Assembly: GCA_037379345.1 (NCBI GenBank)
Contig: CM074522.1
Location: 310,001 to 374,000 of the forward strand
DNA length: 64,000 nucleotides
Direction: 5' to 3'
Source: Perna viridis
Taxonomy: Eukaryota
This document shows positions 38,333-51,490 of this stretch, piece by piece. The notes beneath the pieces were generated by a model. The model searched no databases, was not told the DNA's origin, and worked only from the letters and a program-made list of their open reading frames with translations. How positions within the stretch are numbered: position 1 is the first letter of the stretch; each line of letters opens with the position of its first letter. The position numbers were made by a program, and so were the translations under genes.

Positions 38333-38435
38333 ACTAACACCATATCCCTACACACTAACACCATATCCCTACACACTAACACCCTATCCCTACACACTAA
38401 CACCATATCCCTACACATTAACACTCCATCCTTAC
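38333..38435. repeat. 21-bp tandem repeat
   Basis: cactaacaccatatccctaca, ~5 copies. Confidence 0.9.
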
Positions 38436-38504
38436 ATTATGTATGATAATTTATACTTGCTATACCAGTCAGCATTGATTTGATCAGATGTTTCTAAGGC
38501 TGGC

Positions 38505-38830
38505 CATATTTCCATCTGAGCCATGAAAACTGATTTGTTCATCGTGTCATAAGTTTTCCTTTCCTCTTGTCTACCCTGGACTTGAGTCTTTATTAGCAAC
38601 TCGGCTGTAGTTTCTAGAAAAGCAGAGGATGCTTACCCTACCAATGCACTTGGTCCATGCTCCCAGTTTTTAGTGGAGTCCGAGTTGCTCATTTGCTTTT
38701 GTTACTTTGTATGTATTATTTTAGTTACTAAATGTCCTTTGTTGTGTGTCTGTTTTCCATGTCTGGTCTATGTCCCTGGATTACATTCTTTTGATTACCG
38801 CTGGAACCTTAGTTCCCTTGATTACTCACT
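38505..38830 (+). mobile_element. Penelope-like element 3' end (family A, copy 5)
   Basis: Shares the 3'UTR and the terminus gttcccttgattactc. Confidence 0.8.
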
Positions 38831-39034
38831 CTGATACTTTGGTTTATCTTACAATGGACTCTTACTAATGAAAAAACAAAGAAAGGTATTGATTACTGCT
38901 TTAAAATCTTGGTCAGCTTTCAAGTTTTTTAATCTACTGAAAATCTCTTAATCAGAATTGTTTCTCCTAACATCCATGCCAACACAATTATGTTTTTGAA
39001 TTAAAAGTAGAAAAAAAATAATGGATACTTACTT

Positions 39035-39432
39035 ATAAGGTTGTACATTGTGTGGACACCATGATCTTATACAATCAGGGTTCATATTAACCAAAAAAGC
39101 TGTACATAGTGTGGAGACCATGATCACATACAATCAGGATTCATATAAACCAAAGAGGTTGTACATAATGTGGACACCATAATCACATACAATCAGAATT
39201 CATATAAACCCAAAAGGTTGTACATAGTGTGGACACCATGATCACATACAATCAGGGTTAATATTAACCCAAAAGGTTATACATAGTGTGGACACTATGA
39301 TCACATACAATCAGGGTTCATATTAACCCAAAAGGTTGTACATAGTGTGGATACCATGATCACATACATTCAGGATTCATATAAACCAAAGAGGTTGTAC
39401 ATTGTGTGGACACCATGATCACATACACTCAG
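39035..39432. repeat. ~60-bp minisatellite
   Basis: aaggttgtacatagtgtggacaccatgatcacatacaatcagggttcatattaaccc, ~6.5 copies. Confidence 0.92.
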
Positions 39433-39482
39433 TGTCCTTGTCCGATTTCCTCTGACCATGCAACCCTAAAGGAGAGGCCCAG

Positions 39483-39750
39483 TTTTTATACATCCGTCTA
39501 AGACGGAACGTATTATTGTATATCATTGTCCATCCGTGGTCAACTCTTCAGACAATAACTCAAAAATACTTTCACCAACTTTTATGAAACTTTGATGAAA
39601 TGTTCATATCTATTGACATATGTTCCCTTTCGATTTTTATAAATTTCAGATATATCGTTTCCATGTTATGAATTTTTATACTTAAGAAATGGCGGAAACA
39701 GCCAAGGAAATTTATTTGTTGAAAAATCATTGAAAACGGACCATTTGTGT
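39483..39750 (+). mobile_element. HINE-like element, same family as 5871-7097
   Basis: TTTTTATACATCCGTC..GACGGAACGTAT hairpin and shared body. Confidence 0.75.
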
Positions 39751-42700
39751 AGCCTTGATAGTGCCTAATTGTTTTCTAAATGATCATATAAATTCATTAA
39801 ATGCATGAGGACAAGTTAAAAGGGCAACAGGTTTATCATGCGCTGAAACTGCAGCTCTTCATTTTATTACGATTTAAAATGTCATCAAAACAGGGTTTCT
39901 CTTTGAAAATGATCAAAACTTAATAAAAAATGTAATTTTTGTAGCAAATATGTTATCAGCAAACAGGAAAATGATTCCAGAACTAGGTAGGTGTGACATG
40001 AACAATTTCAACTGGAAAGTCATTAAAAGTGGTTGAAGGGCGGTACTCCGTGGTACCGCTGAATCTCCAACTTTTTTTATGGCACATTGTTCTGACCCCA
40101 ACCAAACATATCAATATCAAAATAAAAAAAAAAGAGCGGGGTTGCAAGGTCAGAGGAAAGTTGGACTATAAGGCTCCATATATACCGTGTAGACACTGTG
40201 GCCTGATACACTCAGGCTACATATGAATTAATTAGGTTGCATATAGTATCACCATGATGACTATATACTTGTATGCATTTGGACTTAATATTAACCCAGG
40301 GGGTGTGTGTATATTGATGTACATGGGCTGGAAATTGACACTTAATGGATTTAATTAATATATGTACAGGTTAACTACTATCTGACTTTTATAGTTCTCT
40401 GATAGAAACTAAGTACCTATATAGCTCCCAGGACAAAGCTCTAGGCCAATTAGTTAATGTAGCTTCATGAATAATTGAAATGTATTATTAGGTTTTAATG
40501 TTTGACAGTAAGTCGGTCAATGATGAGAATAGGCCGAGTTGCATCATACTGCTTCTTAAAGTGTCATGAATATTGTGGGTTTATTGTTAAAAGTTTTGAG
40601 TGTAGTTAGGGAGGTCTACTCAGTTAGATTGCTTTAAACTAATTGTAGTTCCATACTTCTTGAATATATCTAACTTAGATATCAAATATTTCTTATTAGT
40701 ATTTGGCAAAATGTTTTGGTTTTGCTAAACTTCACATCACGGATTCTGTCCTTTGCAAAATATATTTGGATTCTGAATGAATTTTATTATTTTAATTTTA
40801 TTAATGCCCCCCTTTCCCAAATGCTGAAGAAAAAGAAAAAGTTTTTTCTTCTTCAGAAAATCATTTTTTTAATGATAATTGCAACCTGAACAAAGGCTGC
40901 ATCATAAATTTATTTTGATTGGTTATGCCCTTTGAACTGTCTTCTAACCAGACCACACAGATGTTGGTCTTAATGAATGAAAGTAATTGGCAGAAACTGC
41001 TAATGAAATGAATAATCTCTGGTGAAATCAACATGGTTTTCTGTGTGTAATGTATGTACCATATGGAACAGACATAGCTTGGCATTTGTGGTCAATGATC
41101 TAGGTCATAATCTGGACTGTTTGTTACATGGTATAATGAGACTCAGTTAATGATTAAACAATGCATGTTAAGCCTTTTGTCAATTAACTTTAGAATAAAA
41201 ATTTTGCAGAGAACTTCATTTCCTTGATAGAAGTCATTCTGTAAAGATCTAGCTTCTTTGAGAATAACCAGCAGGTATAGAGAATATAAGTGTTCTGTCA
41301 TTGTCCTTGTTTGATCACTTGTGTTTTTGTGTGGTTTTTGTTGGTGAAATAAATTTCTGTGATTTAGTACTCCAAGTCTAGGCAAATTGCAAATGAGACA
41401 TTATTTTAAGCCCTATGATTAAATTTTAGGTAAATTAGCTTACCATGAAACAGTTAATTTGCAAATTAAATAATAAGTATTCTCAAGTTTTTAATTTTTT
41501 TATGGAGATGAATGCCAAAGAAAAAACCTTTTTTCATGATGGCCTTGACTAGCCAATTCCAAAATAAACGAGGCCAACAAGGGCATGCTCTATGTACTAT
41601 TACTTATTTGTATTCTGAACACATTATCAACCCTGTATCTGTCTCTGCTTATTAGTTTCTTTGAACCTCTGAATTTATAGGTGCAAAACTAAACTAATAC
41701 ATAAAAATGAATTGATTATGACTATTTGAATGACCATTCTATAACTAGTGAAGGTATGTGGTCATTGCTTATAGATAAAATCCTAGGTAATACCTCATAA
41801 AACCCAGGAAATGTAGTGATCACAGGCATGACCTCTAGATGACCTTCAGGGCTGGATCAGGTAAATAAGGTCTTTCAGTGTGGAATTTATGGGCCAATAA
41901 ATTATCCATGATTGGTCTCATTTCAACTCCCCCACTTCAAAAGGAGAAGGAACATTAAGACAGATTAAAGGGTTCCCAGTGAATTTAACTTTAATTTTGT
42001 TAACAGTAAATTATTGAAGGAATTACTGTTATATTTCACATGGTGCACACTAAATAAACTATGTAAGTGTGCACCACAGGCATTTGGGTTATTTTAAATA
42101 GGCAGAAAGAAATATAACTGTCATTCCTTATAATTTTGTGTAAGTATCAAAATTTAAGGAGTAAATCACCAAAAAAGGTTGGTGACATCACAGTTACATT
42201 ACAAAATTTGGTTTATGAGATAATGGACTAATTTTTCAGTCCGATCTGAAAGCATGTTAAATCTGAAATTTAATATTAAAAGATATATACAGATATGTAT
42301 GATTAATGTGCAGGTCTTTTGTTTTTTTTAGGCAGACTGCTTTCTTTCAAACTTAATTTGTGTTCTGTCAATTACATCAATACCCAGAATTTTGATATTT
42401 AAAAACCAGCAATAAAAAAAAACAAAAAAAACAACAATAAAGCAAGAACTTGAAAAGATTTCATAGATTTCATATATAGGGGGTACCTATACATAGCATG
42501 CTGCACTCCAATTGATTATGGGTGTCTTAATTCAAGGTTCAGATGGTCTGGGTTTTAATCAGAAATTAATTTATAAACACTTCAAAATGACCATATTGAT
42601 GTTCATTTCAGGTAGACAGATCCAGGTAAATGTTAGTTACTTTATTGGTATATTCTTTACAAGACCATGTCAATACTATACACTATTGACCAAAGAATCC

Positions 42701-45519
42701 TGGCTTCAACATGTGGAATTCAGGATGTAGACACAAATCTATAAAAAATAATCAGGATTTCTGATATTTGAGCATTATCTTCCTCTCATCTGCATTTACA
42801 CACAGTAGTATGCAGGCAGCAATAATATAAAACATTATACTAGTTCACATGTAGCTATCTTACTTCCTTGTTTGGCATTCTGCTATTTAAGGGTGAGGAC
42901 ACTACAAAAAGGTCAGTCACTAGATTGGTATGAAGATAAACACCTTTTATAACAATACATGGTAATACACAGTAAGAGTTAACACTTTGTATGGTATTTA
43001 ATGTCTGAAATCCATTAGAGGATTGTCAAGTCGGGATTTAAATGTTGCAAAGATTTAGACATAAACCTATAACTAAGCCTGAATCTCCAGAATAAAACCA
43101 GATTTTATTACATAATATACCACATTCACACTGATTTGTATTGTCCACTGTGAACACCCCCTTTTTATCTTCTTTCCTTCAGTATGGTTTTATAAGGTGG
43201 AGAATTGTTGTTATATCATTATGTCAGTCTTATAGATTCATTTGGTGAAGGCAAGACAATTCTATGCAGGCAAATTTTGTTCACATGTAGCTTTACATGA
43301 AATTCGCTTCACATGAACTTGATACAAAAATTTACATGGAATTCAGGTGATGGCTTGATTTCATGTGAATACTCTGTCACAGATTTTATTTGCTCAGTAA
43401 AAATCAGGTGAAAATCATGTAACATTTTCTGAACCTTTTAAAATTCTATGTAACAAGATCAAGGATTCTTTTGGCAATTTTGATGTGAGGAATTTTTCAT
43501 TAAAAAAAATACCATTTCTGAACACCACATACAATAATTATGATCAGTTCATTTCATAACAGCTAAATTGGAGTAAATGTCATTCAATAAAGTTATTAGA
43601 CTGGAGGGGTATTAACTTGCCCTATTATACATCTACCTTTTGTTGACAATAATCATGTTGATAATACAAGTAGTCTGTGATTACAGGGGTGTTTGTTTGT
43701 TAAATGTCCCTACCCAAGGGGCACTTGTTGGACACCCCTATAATTGTTTGGTTGTATCCTGTTAACAGTAGGCTAAGGTTATGGGTCATTAAATATGACA
43801 GAAACAAGATCTGCACAATCAGCTGATTTCAAACATAAACAAAGGATTATAGAGAAGTTGGTGAGTGTTTTTGTTTTAAGTTAGGTTTTGATTTTTAAAG
43901 ATGTTTTAGTATAGCATCTGCAGTACGCTATAGAGGTCATTAAAAATGTAAAAAAATATACACAAGGATTTTAAACAGTATTAGTCTATACATGCATGTT
44001 GTAATTCTCCACATATCATATGAGATAATCATGATTATGTGATAAATATAGTGAATACTTTATGAATACCCATGGCTGTATATATATCACCATGGTTCAA
44101 TATATTATCTTTTGAAATGTTGAAAATGATCTTTTATGTGGCACGCTGTAAGGAGATTTCAGTGTGTAAGAGAGATATGCTTCCAGGTTATCTCTAGTCT
44201 TTTTGGTCGAATATTAATTTTTGGTAGTGGTATGTCTTTACATATATGTCTGGTTTGGTTAAATTATAAGTTAATGCAGCATGACTTTAAGTGTATCCCC
44301 TGCTAACAGTATTTGGTGTATATAGGAATTTGTAACTCACCCAGCTGTTCAGTGTGTTTTGAGGATATTTTATACAAAAGTTACCTTGATGAAGATTGCC
44401 ATTGTTATATGGTACCAGTATTGCATTGCATATCCCTGAGCGGTGTACGTCAAAACATGGAGGCTATTAATATATAGTGCGTTTTCTTTTTGCCTTTCTT
44501 CAAACTAATGTTTTGTCAAAAGATATGAACAATGACTTATAAAATAGAGCAAACATCACACTGTAAGATGACACACTTTTTGTGAAGAAAATTTAACATT
44601 TTCACATAAAAATGTTCCACTGAAAAGGTTGGTTTGATGAGTGCAACACGAAAGTAAAAGAAGAGAAAATGGCTATTTACATTTCAAGACTACTTTTTTG
44701 TATGATCTTCGAGGACTAACCCTACTTTTTTTGCGTGGAATTATTTTTTGACATGTCTTTAGAAATGCTACATAAGTGAAAGTTTTATTTAATTAATTTA
44801 CATATTTAAAAAAAAATCATAAAAATATGCACTTCACTATAGAAGTCTATGGGAAAATTAATACAATACTGAGACCATATGTCTGCAAAGGTAATCCAAT
44901 ATGAGGATTTAATATTCATGTTTAAAATTTGTAAGTGCAACTCCTCCATAACTCAGCATCTTGGATTTTGATGAAATTTCTTGGAAAGTTTGTAGTTGTG
45001 GAAGAAGAAATTGTCTGCAAAGGGTGATAACCCTGTATACAAAACACCTTCACAAATGTCAGGACTCATATATGTAATACGTCCATTAACCAAGGATTTT
45101 TTATGTCAGGTCACTGCATGTGGAAATTATCCAGCTTAAGGAAGTCCCAGTATTCATAGTTTAGTTAGCTATCCCTATTTCTACATTCTATGGAATAAAA
45201 GATATAGCCATATCCTTTGAACTTTAATTTTATTTATTAGATTATGTTAATGAGTAATATTATTTATTAACATAGTTATCTATAGCCTATATCTTTATTC
45301 AAAGAGTATTTGATTGACCTTCAACTACAGTGATCCAGTGACTCTGGGCTGACAGTGTGTTGGCATGCTATAGAAAAACTTGCATAATCTGAGTAATCGA
45401 TATAAATTAAATGTACAACACAAATGCCTCCTGAAACCTTTTTTTAGTTCTTAGTCATGAGTTTCTCTGATGATAATTAATTTCTTGATAGTTCTGTGTT
45501 TTAAATGTTATTAATGTTA

Positions 45520-46075
45520 ATTTTCTCTGCTCCATCTCTGTCCCTTTGGGGCACCTTGCCTCTAGATATATTGAGATTTTCTCTGCTCCATATTTGTCTC
45601 TCCAGATGTTGAGATTTTCTCTATCCCATTTCTGTCCAGGGATGTCAGTAGTATTTTAAGTAGTAGGAGAAAAAGAAAAGGTAGCAGGTAGACTGATGAA
45701 AATTTTGCAAGAGTTGACCCATTTTTGAAAATAAAGTAGCTGTCAAAAGATTGCAAGTAGCCATCCAATTTTGCCAGTTGATGGCATCTATTGACTGCCA
45801 TCCCTGCTGTTCCTCTAGATGTTGAGATTTTCTCTGCTCCATCTCTCTCCCTCTAGATGTCGAAATTTTCTCTGCTCCATCTCTGTCTCTCTAGATATTG
45901 AGAATCTTTGCTCCTTCTCTGTCCCTCTAGATGTTGAGATATTCTTTGATCCATCTATGTCCCTCTAGATGTCGAAATTTTCTCTGCTCCATCTCTGTCC
46001 CTCTAGATGTTGAGATTTTCTCTGGTCCGTCTCTGTCCCTCTAGATGTTGAGATTTTGTCTTCTTATGTGTTTCT
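45520..46075. repeat. 39-bp minisatellite
   Basis: ctctagatgttgagattttctctgctccatctctgtcc. Confidence 0.9.
45637..45806. mobile_element. 170-bp hAT-like MITE inserted in a 39-bp minisatellite
   Basis: TIRs CAGGGATGTCAGT / ACTGCCATCCCTG; flanks ctgtc / ctgtt. Confidence 0.75.
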
Positions 46076-46659
46076 ATTGAGATGTTATCTATTTCCTCTC
46101 TGTCCCTGGGGTCTTTCTCTTCATGGTGGGGTTTGGAATTCTTGCTGTTGTTTCCCTCCCTTCTTTTTTTTATCGCAACAGGACCTTTTGTTTATGGAGG
46201 TTCAAGTTAAATGATCTGGCTAAAAAAAAAAACAACTAGTATTGCTTTACCAGAGAAGAAAGTTTTTATAGTGGGACAAATTTTTTTGCACTCAGGGATT
46301 GGGAAGGAAATTTTAAGAAGGGGCCATTTTCAGGCTTATTTCAAAGATATTCAAAATCTGAAGTGCCACTTGTTAACAAACCATATAGATTTCTTTTATG
46401 TGAAGGGGTCATTTCCTGACAGAAGGGGCAAATGGTTCATGGCCCCTTGCCTTTCCAAACCCTTTCAGTACTGACTCACCAAGTCCAAGGAATATACAAC
46501 ATTTAGACAGTGTAATCAATTAAAACCAAGTCTTACAAATTTTATTTTAGCTAAAATCAATTCATCCAGTAGGTTTTATTAGTCTAAAACCAATCAAATC
46601 ATGTTTAATGTAATGCATTCTGTCAGGTACAGGAATGTGGTCATTTATAATTACAGTAA

Positions 46660-47070
46660 ACCATTTATATAAAGGCTCTGTCTGTCTGACCATCTATCAG
46701 TTCACATTTCTAGTAAGCACAACTCCTCCTGAACCACTGAAGGGATTTTGATGAAACTTTTTAGTAAGGTTGGATATCATATGTAGATGTGCATGAAGCA
46801 ATATAATAACTGTCAAGGGACTCCAAAGGGTGATAATCCAAATAAGGGTTTAACTTGTTAAAGCCTTGTAAGCAGTACTCTTCCTAAACTGCTCAAGGTA
46901 TTTTGATGAAACTTTACAAGAAAGTTTTTCAATATATTTAGATGTGCATGAAGGAATATAGTTACTGTAGAAGGACTGCAAAGGAAGAAGATATTGGTTA
47001 TACATTCAATTGCATTTGAAGATTGGGGGATACTCTCTTTGTGAGCTTGCTAAATGTATGTCTAGTTTAA
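46660..47070 (+). mobile_element. HINE-like remnant with two ~155-bp units
   Basis: (CTGT)n followed by duplicated gtaagca..ctcct..attttgatgaaactt..tagatgtgcatgaag; partial relative near 44930. Confidence 0.55.
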
Positions 47071-47559
47071 TCTTGGTTTACTTTGAAGTTTTTGTGTATC
47101 AAAATTTTTTCTAAGTTTGATTTAGAATAATTGGAAGATATCAGTGAATGAACCAAGAATATGTTTGCCTCTCCCAATCTGGATCAGCTTAAAATTGGAA
47201 AATCAAAAATATATTTGCTATTGAAATTAGTTCACATGGGATTTGCAAAAATAGCAATTCATTAGTTAATAATGTGTACTTTGGAAAAACATCAAAAAAA
47301 CAATACCTAATTATGTAGTAGAGTGGTTTTTGATTACCACTGTTAGTAATTACATCATAGAAGTGACTGGCAGCTTGTAATGTTTAATTTGGCAGAAGTA
47401 ATAATACACTTTGATTAATTGATGCTTTTTTCTGTATTGTTTTGTCTCATTTAAAGTAAAAAGTTGTCCAGTTATAGTAGAATGCAGTTGTGAACTGTAA
47501 CCCTGTGAATTGTTGATGAGTATGGCGAGACATGTCTGAACCTACTATATAACAAGAAT

Positions 47560-47960
47560 AGGTATGGTGTATATATCACACAAGTATGTATGGTGTATAT
47601 ATCACACAAGTATGTATGGTGTATATATCACACAAGTATGAATGGTGTATATATCACACAAGTATGTATGGTGTATATATCACACAAGTATGTATGGTGT
47701 ATATATCACACAAGTATGAATGGTGTATATATCACACAAGTATGTATGGTGTATATATCACACAAGTATGTATGGTGTATATATCACACAAGTATGAATG
47801 GTGTATATATCACACAAGTATGTATGGTGTATATATCACACAAGTATGTATGGTGTGTATATCACACAAGTATGTATGGTGTGTATATCACACAAGTATG
47901 AATGGTGTGTATATAAACACAAGTATGTATGGTGAATATATCACACAAGTATGTATGGTG
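47560..47960. repeat. 26-bp minisatellite
   Basis: gtatgtatggtgtatatatcacacaa, ~15 copies. Confidence 0.96.
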
Positions 47961-48075
47961 AATATGTCAAAGGAACAGCAACTTCACCAGGATGAAAATG
48001 TCAGCCAAAGGCCACCAATTGGTCTTTATTGAACAACAAGAAAATGCCACAGGGCAGGCTGCAGCTTGCCCCATC
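47960..48075 (-). mobile_element. Family B repeat, terminal fragment
   Basis: Reverse complement of 13310-13430. Confidence 0.65.
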
Positions 48076-49653
48076 ATTATACACAGGTACATAACCTGTC
48101 TTATCCAGCCTCATACCACAGGGCAGATTGTAGCTGGCCATCATTATTCACAGGTACATAATCTGTCTTATTCAGCCTTATGCCACAGGGCAGACTGCAG
48201 CTGGCCCTATCATTACACAGGTACAAACTGTAGCTGGCCCTCATTATGCACAGGTTCATAACCTTCTTTTCCCGCCTTCTCTTTATGTTGTTTGCATTCT
48301 AGTTTGAATCTTCATAGATTGAACAACTTCCTAAAGTAAATAAAATATTAGCCAGAAATTAACTCAATTTCAAATCACCATAACCAACACAGAGGTATTT
48401 ACTTATGGGGATTCTCTGTATTTTCTATGACTTTGCTCTATGGATTGTGAATATCTCCATAGTACCTATGTTGAAATTTCATAAAGTTCAGGATTTTAAA
48501 GATCATTTTCATAAAATACAGTGAAAAATATGGATTGTCATCAAATAGTAATAACAGGTCTGCAAATGAGCCTTGTCGAGTTTGTGATGATGTTGAAATT
48601 AACTATAATGCTGGCATGACTAATCCCCTTAGTAGAGGTTAGTTTAACATTTTTTGTTACTCCTTTTCTAAATTCCAAAATAATTCTGAATTTAAATAAG
48701 TTACATAAAGTTTGAATTGACATCATGTTAATACTTGAAGTGACTAACACTTAAACTCATGATTTGTGCACCATTTTGCAGGTGCAGGGTCATAAATCAT
48801 CATAGAAATTAATAGGATAAATGTTATCAATATTTTATCTGTCAAAGGTCAAAATTTGCATAACTTTTCAATAAGTTATCTTCTTAATTCAGCTGTGTAT
48901 TATGATATTATGGAGATAAGTTTTTATTTTGGCACTTTGTTAATCATGAAGTGTTATTCAAGACAAGGAAAGAGAGATTTATTTGATTAAGCTATTATAA
49001 GTACAAAAAGGTCAAGGCTGGTCAGGATACCTACCTCAGAGTGGTTTATTATGATGACAGGTGGCTTGTACTAGTAAAGGTTAACTCAGCAACATGTCCA
49101 GTAGAATATTGACAGATCTACTGAAAAGATTTTTCATTTATTCTGAATGACTCCAGTGAAAGTTTTAAAAAACAGATTTCCATTGAAATACAAATCTCAA
49201 CGAAATGTATGACTACAATTAATTAAACCTGAGAAAAACTCAATCTTCCGAAATGAATTCATTCTATATAATGCTATGTGTAAAAAAACAATATACCAAT
49301 ATTGTAGATGTAATATATGCTTGTTTTCTTAGTAATAACACACATGTCTCTATCTCTATTCACTTCCTTTCAGTTGAAGTATATTTGTTGCTTATTATTG
49401 ACCTTGAATTAGTCAGCTTAATGACCTTGGATTAGTCAGCTGTATAAAAGTCAATCATGAAGTGACTGAGCCAGATTATTCTTTGGAGTTCAATCATTTC
49501 TTTACTTGGAAATTGTGATTGGATTTATCTCCAAGGTGAAAGGGCTTTCAGTATTCTCTATTAAGATTGGAATTATTTTGACCCTGGCATCTGTGTCTGT
49601 ATTATAGATCAGTTGATGGGGGAGAGGGAGCTGCTTTAAATAAAAGGTCCAAA

Positions 49654-50222
49654 ACCTGTATAAAGTATGGTAGCTTGCTTAAAGCACCTGTATAAAGTAT
49701 GGTAGCTTGCTTAAAGCACCTGTGTAAAGTATGGAAGCTTGCTTAAATCACCTGTATAAAGTATGGTAGCTTGCTTAAATCACCTGTGTAAAGTATGGAA
49801 GCTTGCTTAAATCACCAGTATAAAGTATAGTAGCTTGCTTAAAGCACCTGTATAAAGGATGGAAACTTGCTTAAAGCACCTGTGTGTAGTATGGTAGCTT
49901 GCTTAAATTACCTGTATAAATTATGGAAGCTTGCTTAAATCACCTGTATAAAGGTTGGAAGCTTGCTTAAATTCCCAGTATAAAGTATGGAAGCTTGCTA
50001 AAAGCACCTTTATAAATTATGGAAGTTTTCTTAAAGCACCTGTATAAAGTATGGTAGCTTGCTTAAAGCACCTGTATAAAGGTTGGAAGCTTGCTTAAAG
50101 CACCTTTATAAATTATGGAAGTTTTCTTAAAGCACCTGTATAAAGTATGGTAGCTTGCTTAAAGCACCTGTATAAAGGTTGGAAGCCTGCTTAAATCACC
50201 TGTGTAAAGGTTGGAAACTTGC
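49654..50222. repeat. 32-bp minisatellite
   Basis: cacctgtataaagtatggtagcttgcttaaag, ~18 copies. Confidence 0.95.
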
Positions 50223-51324
50223 AGTAGTAAAATGGCTAATAATGGGAGCATCAAAACAAAAAATTTTGTAAAGATTAAATTACCTTGACATTTTTAATTT
50301 TTTTTGAAAACTAAATGTGCCTTCTAACCACTGTATGGAATGTTATTGACATGCAGTAACAATCTGATATTGATGACATTTATATAAGCACAACAATACT
50401 TAGGCCCTTTTAGATTGTCATGACAATGCTGATTGTTGTTCTTTGGCATTTTAAAAAAATTCTTAGAAGATTTCAGAGACTAAGACTGAATAGCCCCGTG
50501 AAATCTTTGTATAGAAAGTCATTGACATAGTAACAGTTTGATTCTGTTTTAGCTGTTATGTAACAGTGTTTATAAAACCATAAAAATAACTTTTATCATT
50601 TATCTGACAAACATGGAGCACAGAGTAAACATCTCTAAAGCTTGACATTACATCAGATTTTACAAATCTAGGAATGTTTAATGGCAATAAACTTCAGACA
50701 TGACAAGATAAGAAAAGTACATGATAAAAAGCAATCTGCTCCAATACTGTATATCCTTCATTGGCAGTAATACTACCAGATTGTAAGTTTCTTGTGAGCT
50801 GCTCTTGTGACTCTTTATATTATTTGTTGTTTGTGTTATTTTTTTCTTTATACATGATGGGAGAAAGTGGACTTTAATGGTACTGTCTTGCAAATATAGA
50901 TTCTCCTTTAAAAATGAATTATTTAAATTATTTCTCCACTTGAGCTGGTAAAATTAAGGTTTTCAGCAAATGGGCTTTAGCAAGCATGCTGAAATCTTAA
51001 TTTTATTATTATAGAGTGGGGAAATAGTCTACATCAAGAATAAGCTGAATGGGAATCAGTTTCTCCCATGAAATCGATAGAAAATGTAGAAAATATAAAA
51101 TGGTCAGAAATCTCTAGCAGAGATTGTATAAGTGGCAGGCGGTTAAAAAAAAATCACATGCATTTTTAATCACTGGGTTAGATTGGTTAAGATGATACCA
51201 TACATTATACTTTCTCTATCAGAATCAGATTGGTGGTAATGGAATAAATGGATTTCAGCATTTATTATGTAGAAGTTACGTCATGTTTCAAAATAATGTA
51301 CATTTCTTTTATTTCTCCTTTCAG

Positions 51325-51490
51325 ATGCAGCATCCTTATTGATTTAAATGGAAAAGAAAATGTTCCTACAGACTCCAATTATTTGCTTGGTTACCATGAT
51401 TTAAGCTCCAATGTGACCCTGGCAGATGGTCTTCAACTTCACAAGAACTCTTAGGGACAAGGCATTGTAGCCTTACTTGTAAAGCTTCAG
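51325..51490 (+). other. Candidate 5'UTR/non-coding exon
   Basis: tttatttctcctttcAG| ... CTTCAG|GTAAGC (very strong sites); stops in all three frames. Confidence 0.55.
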
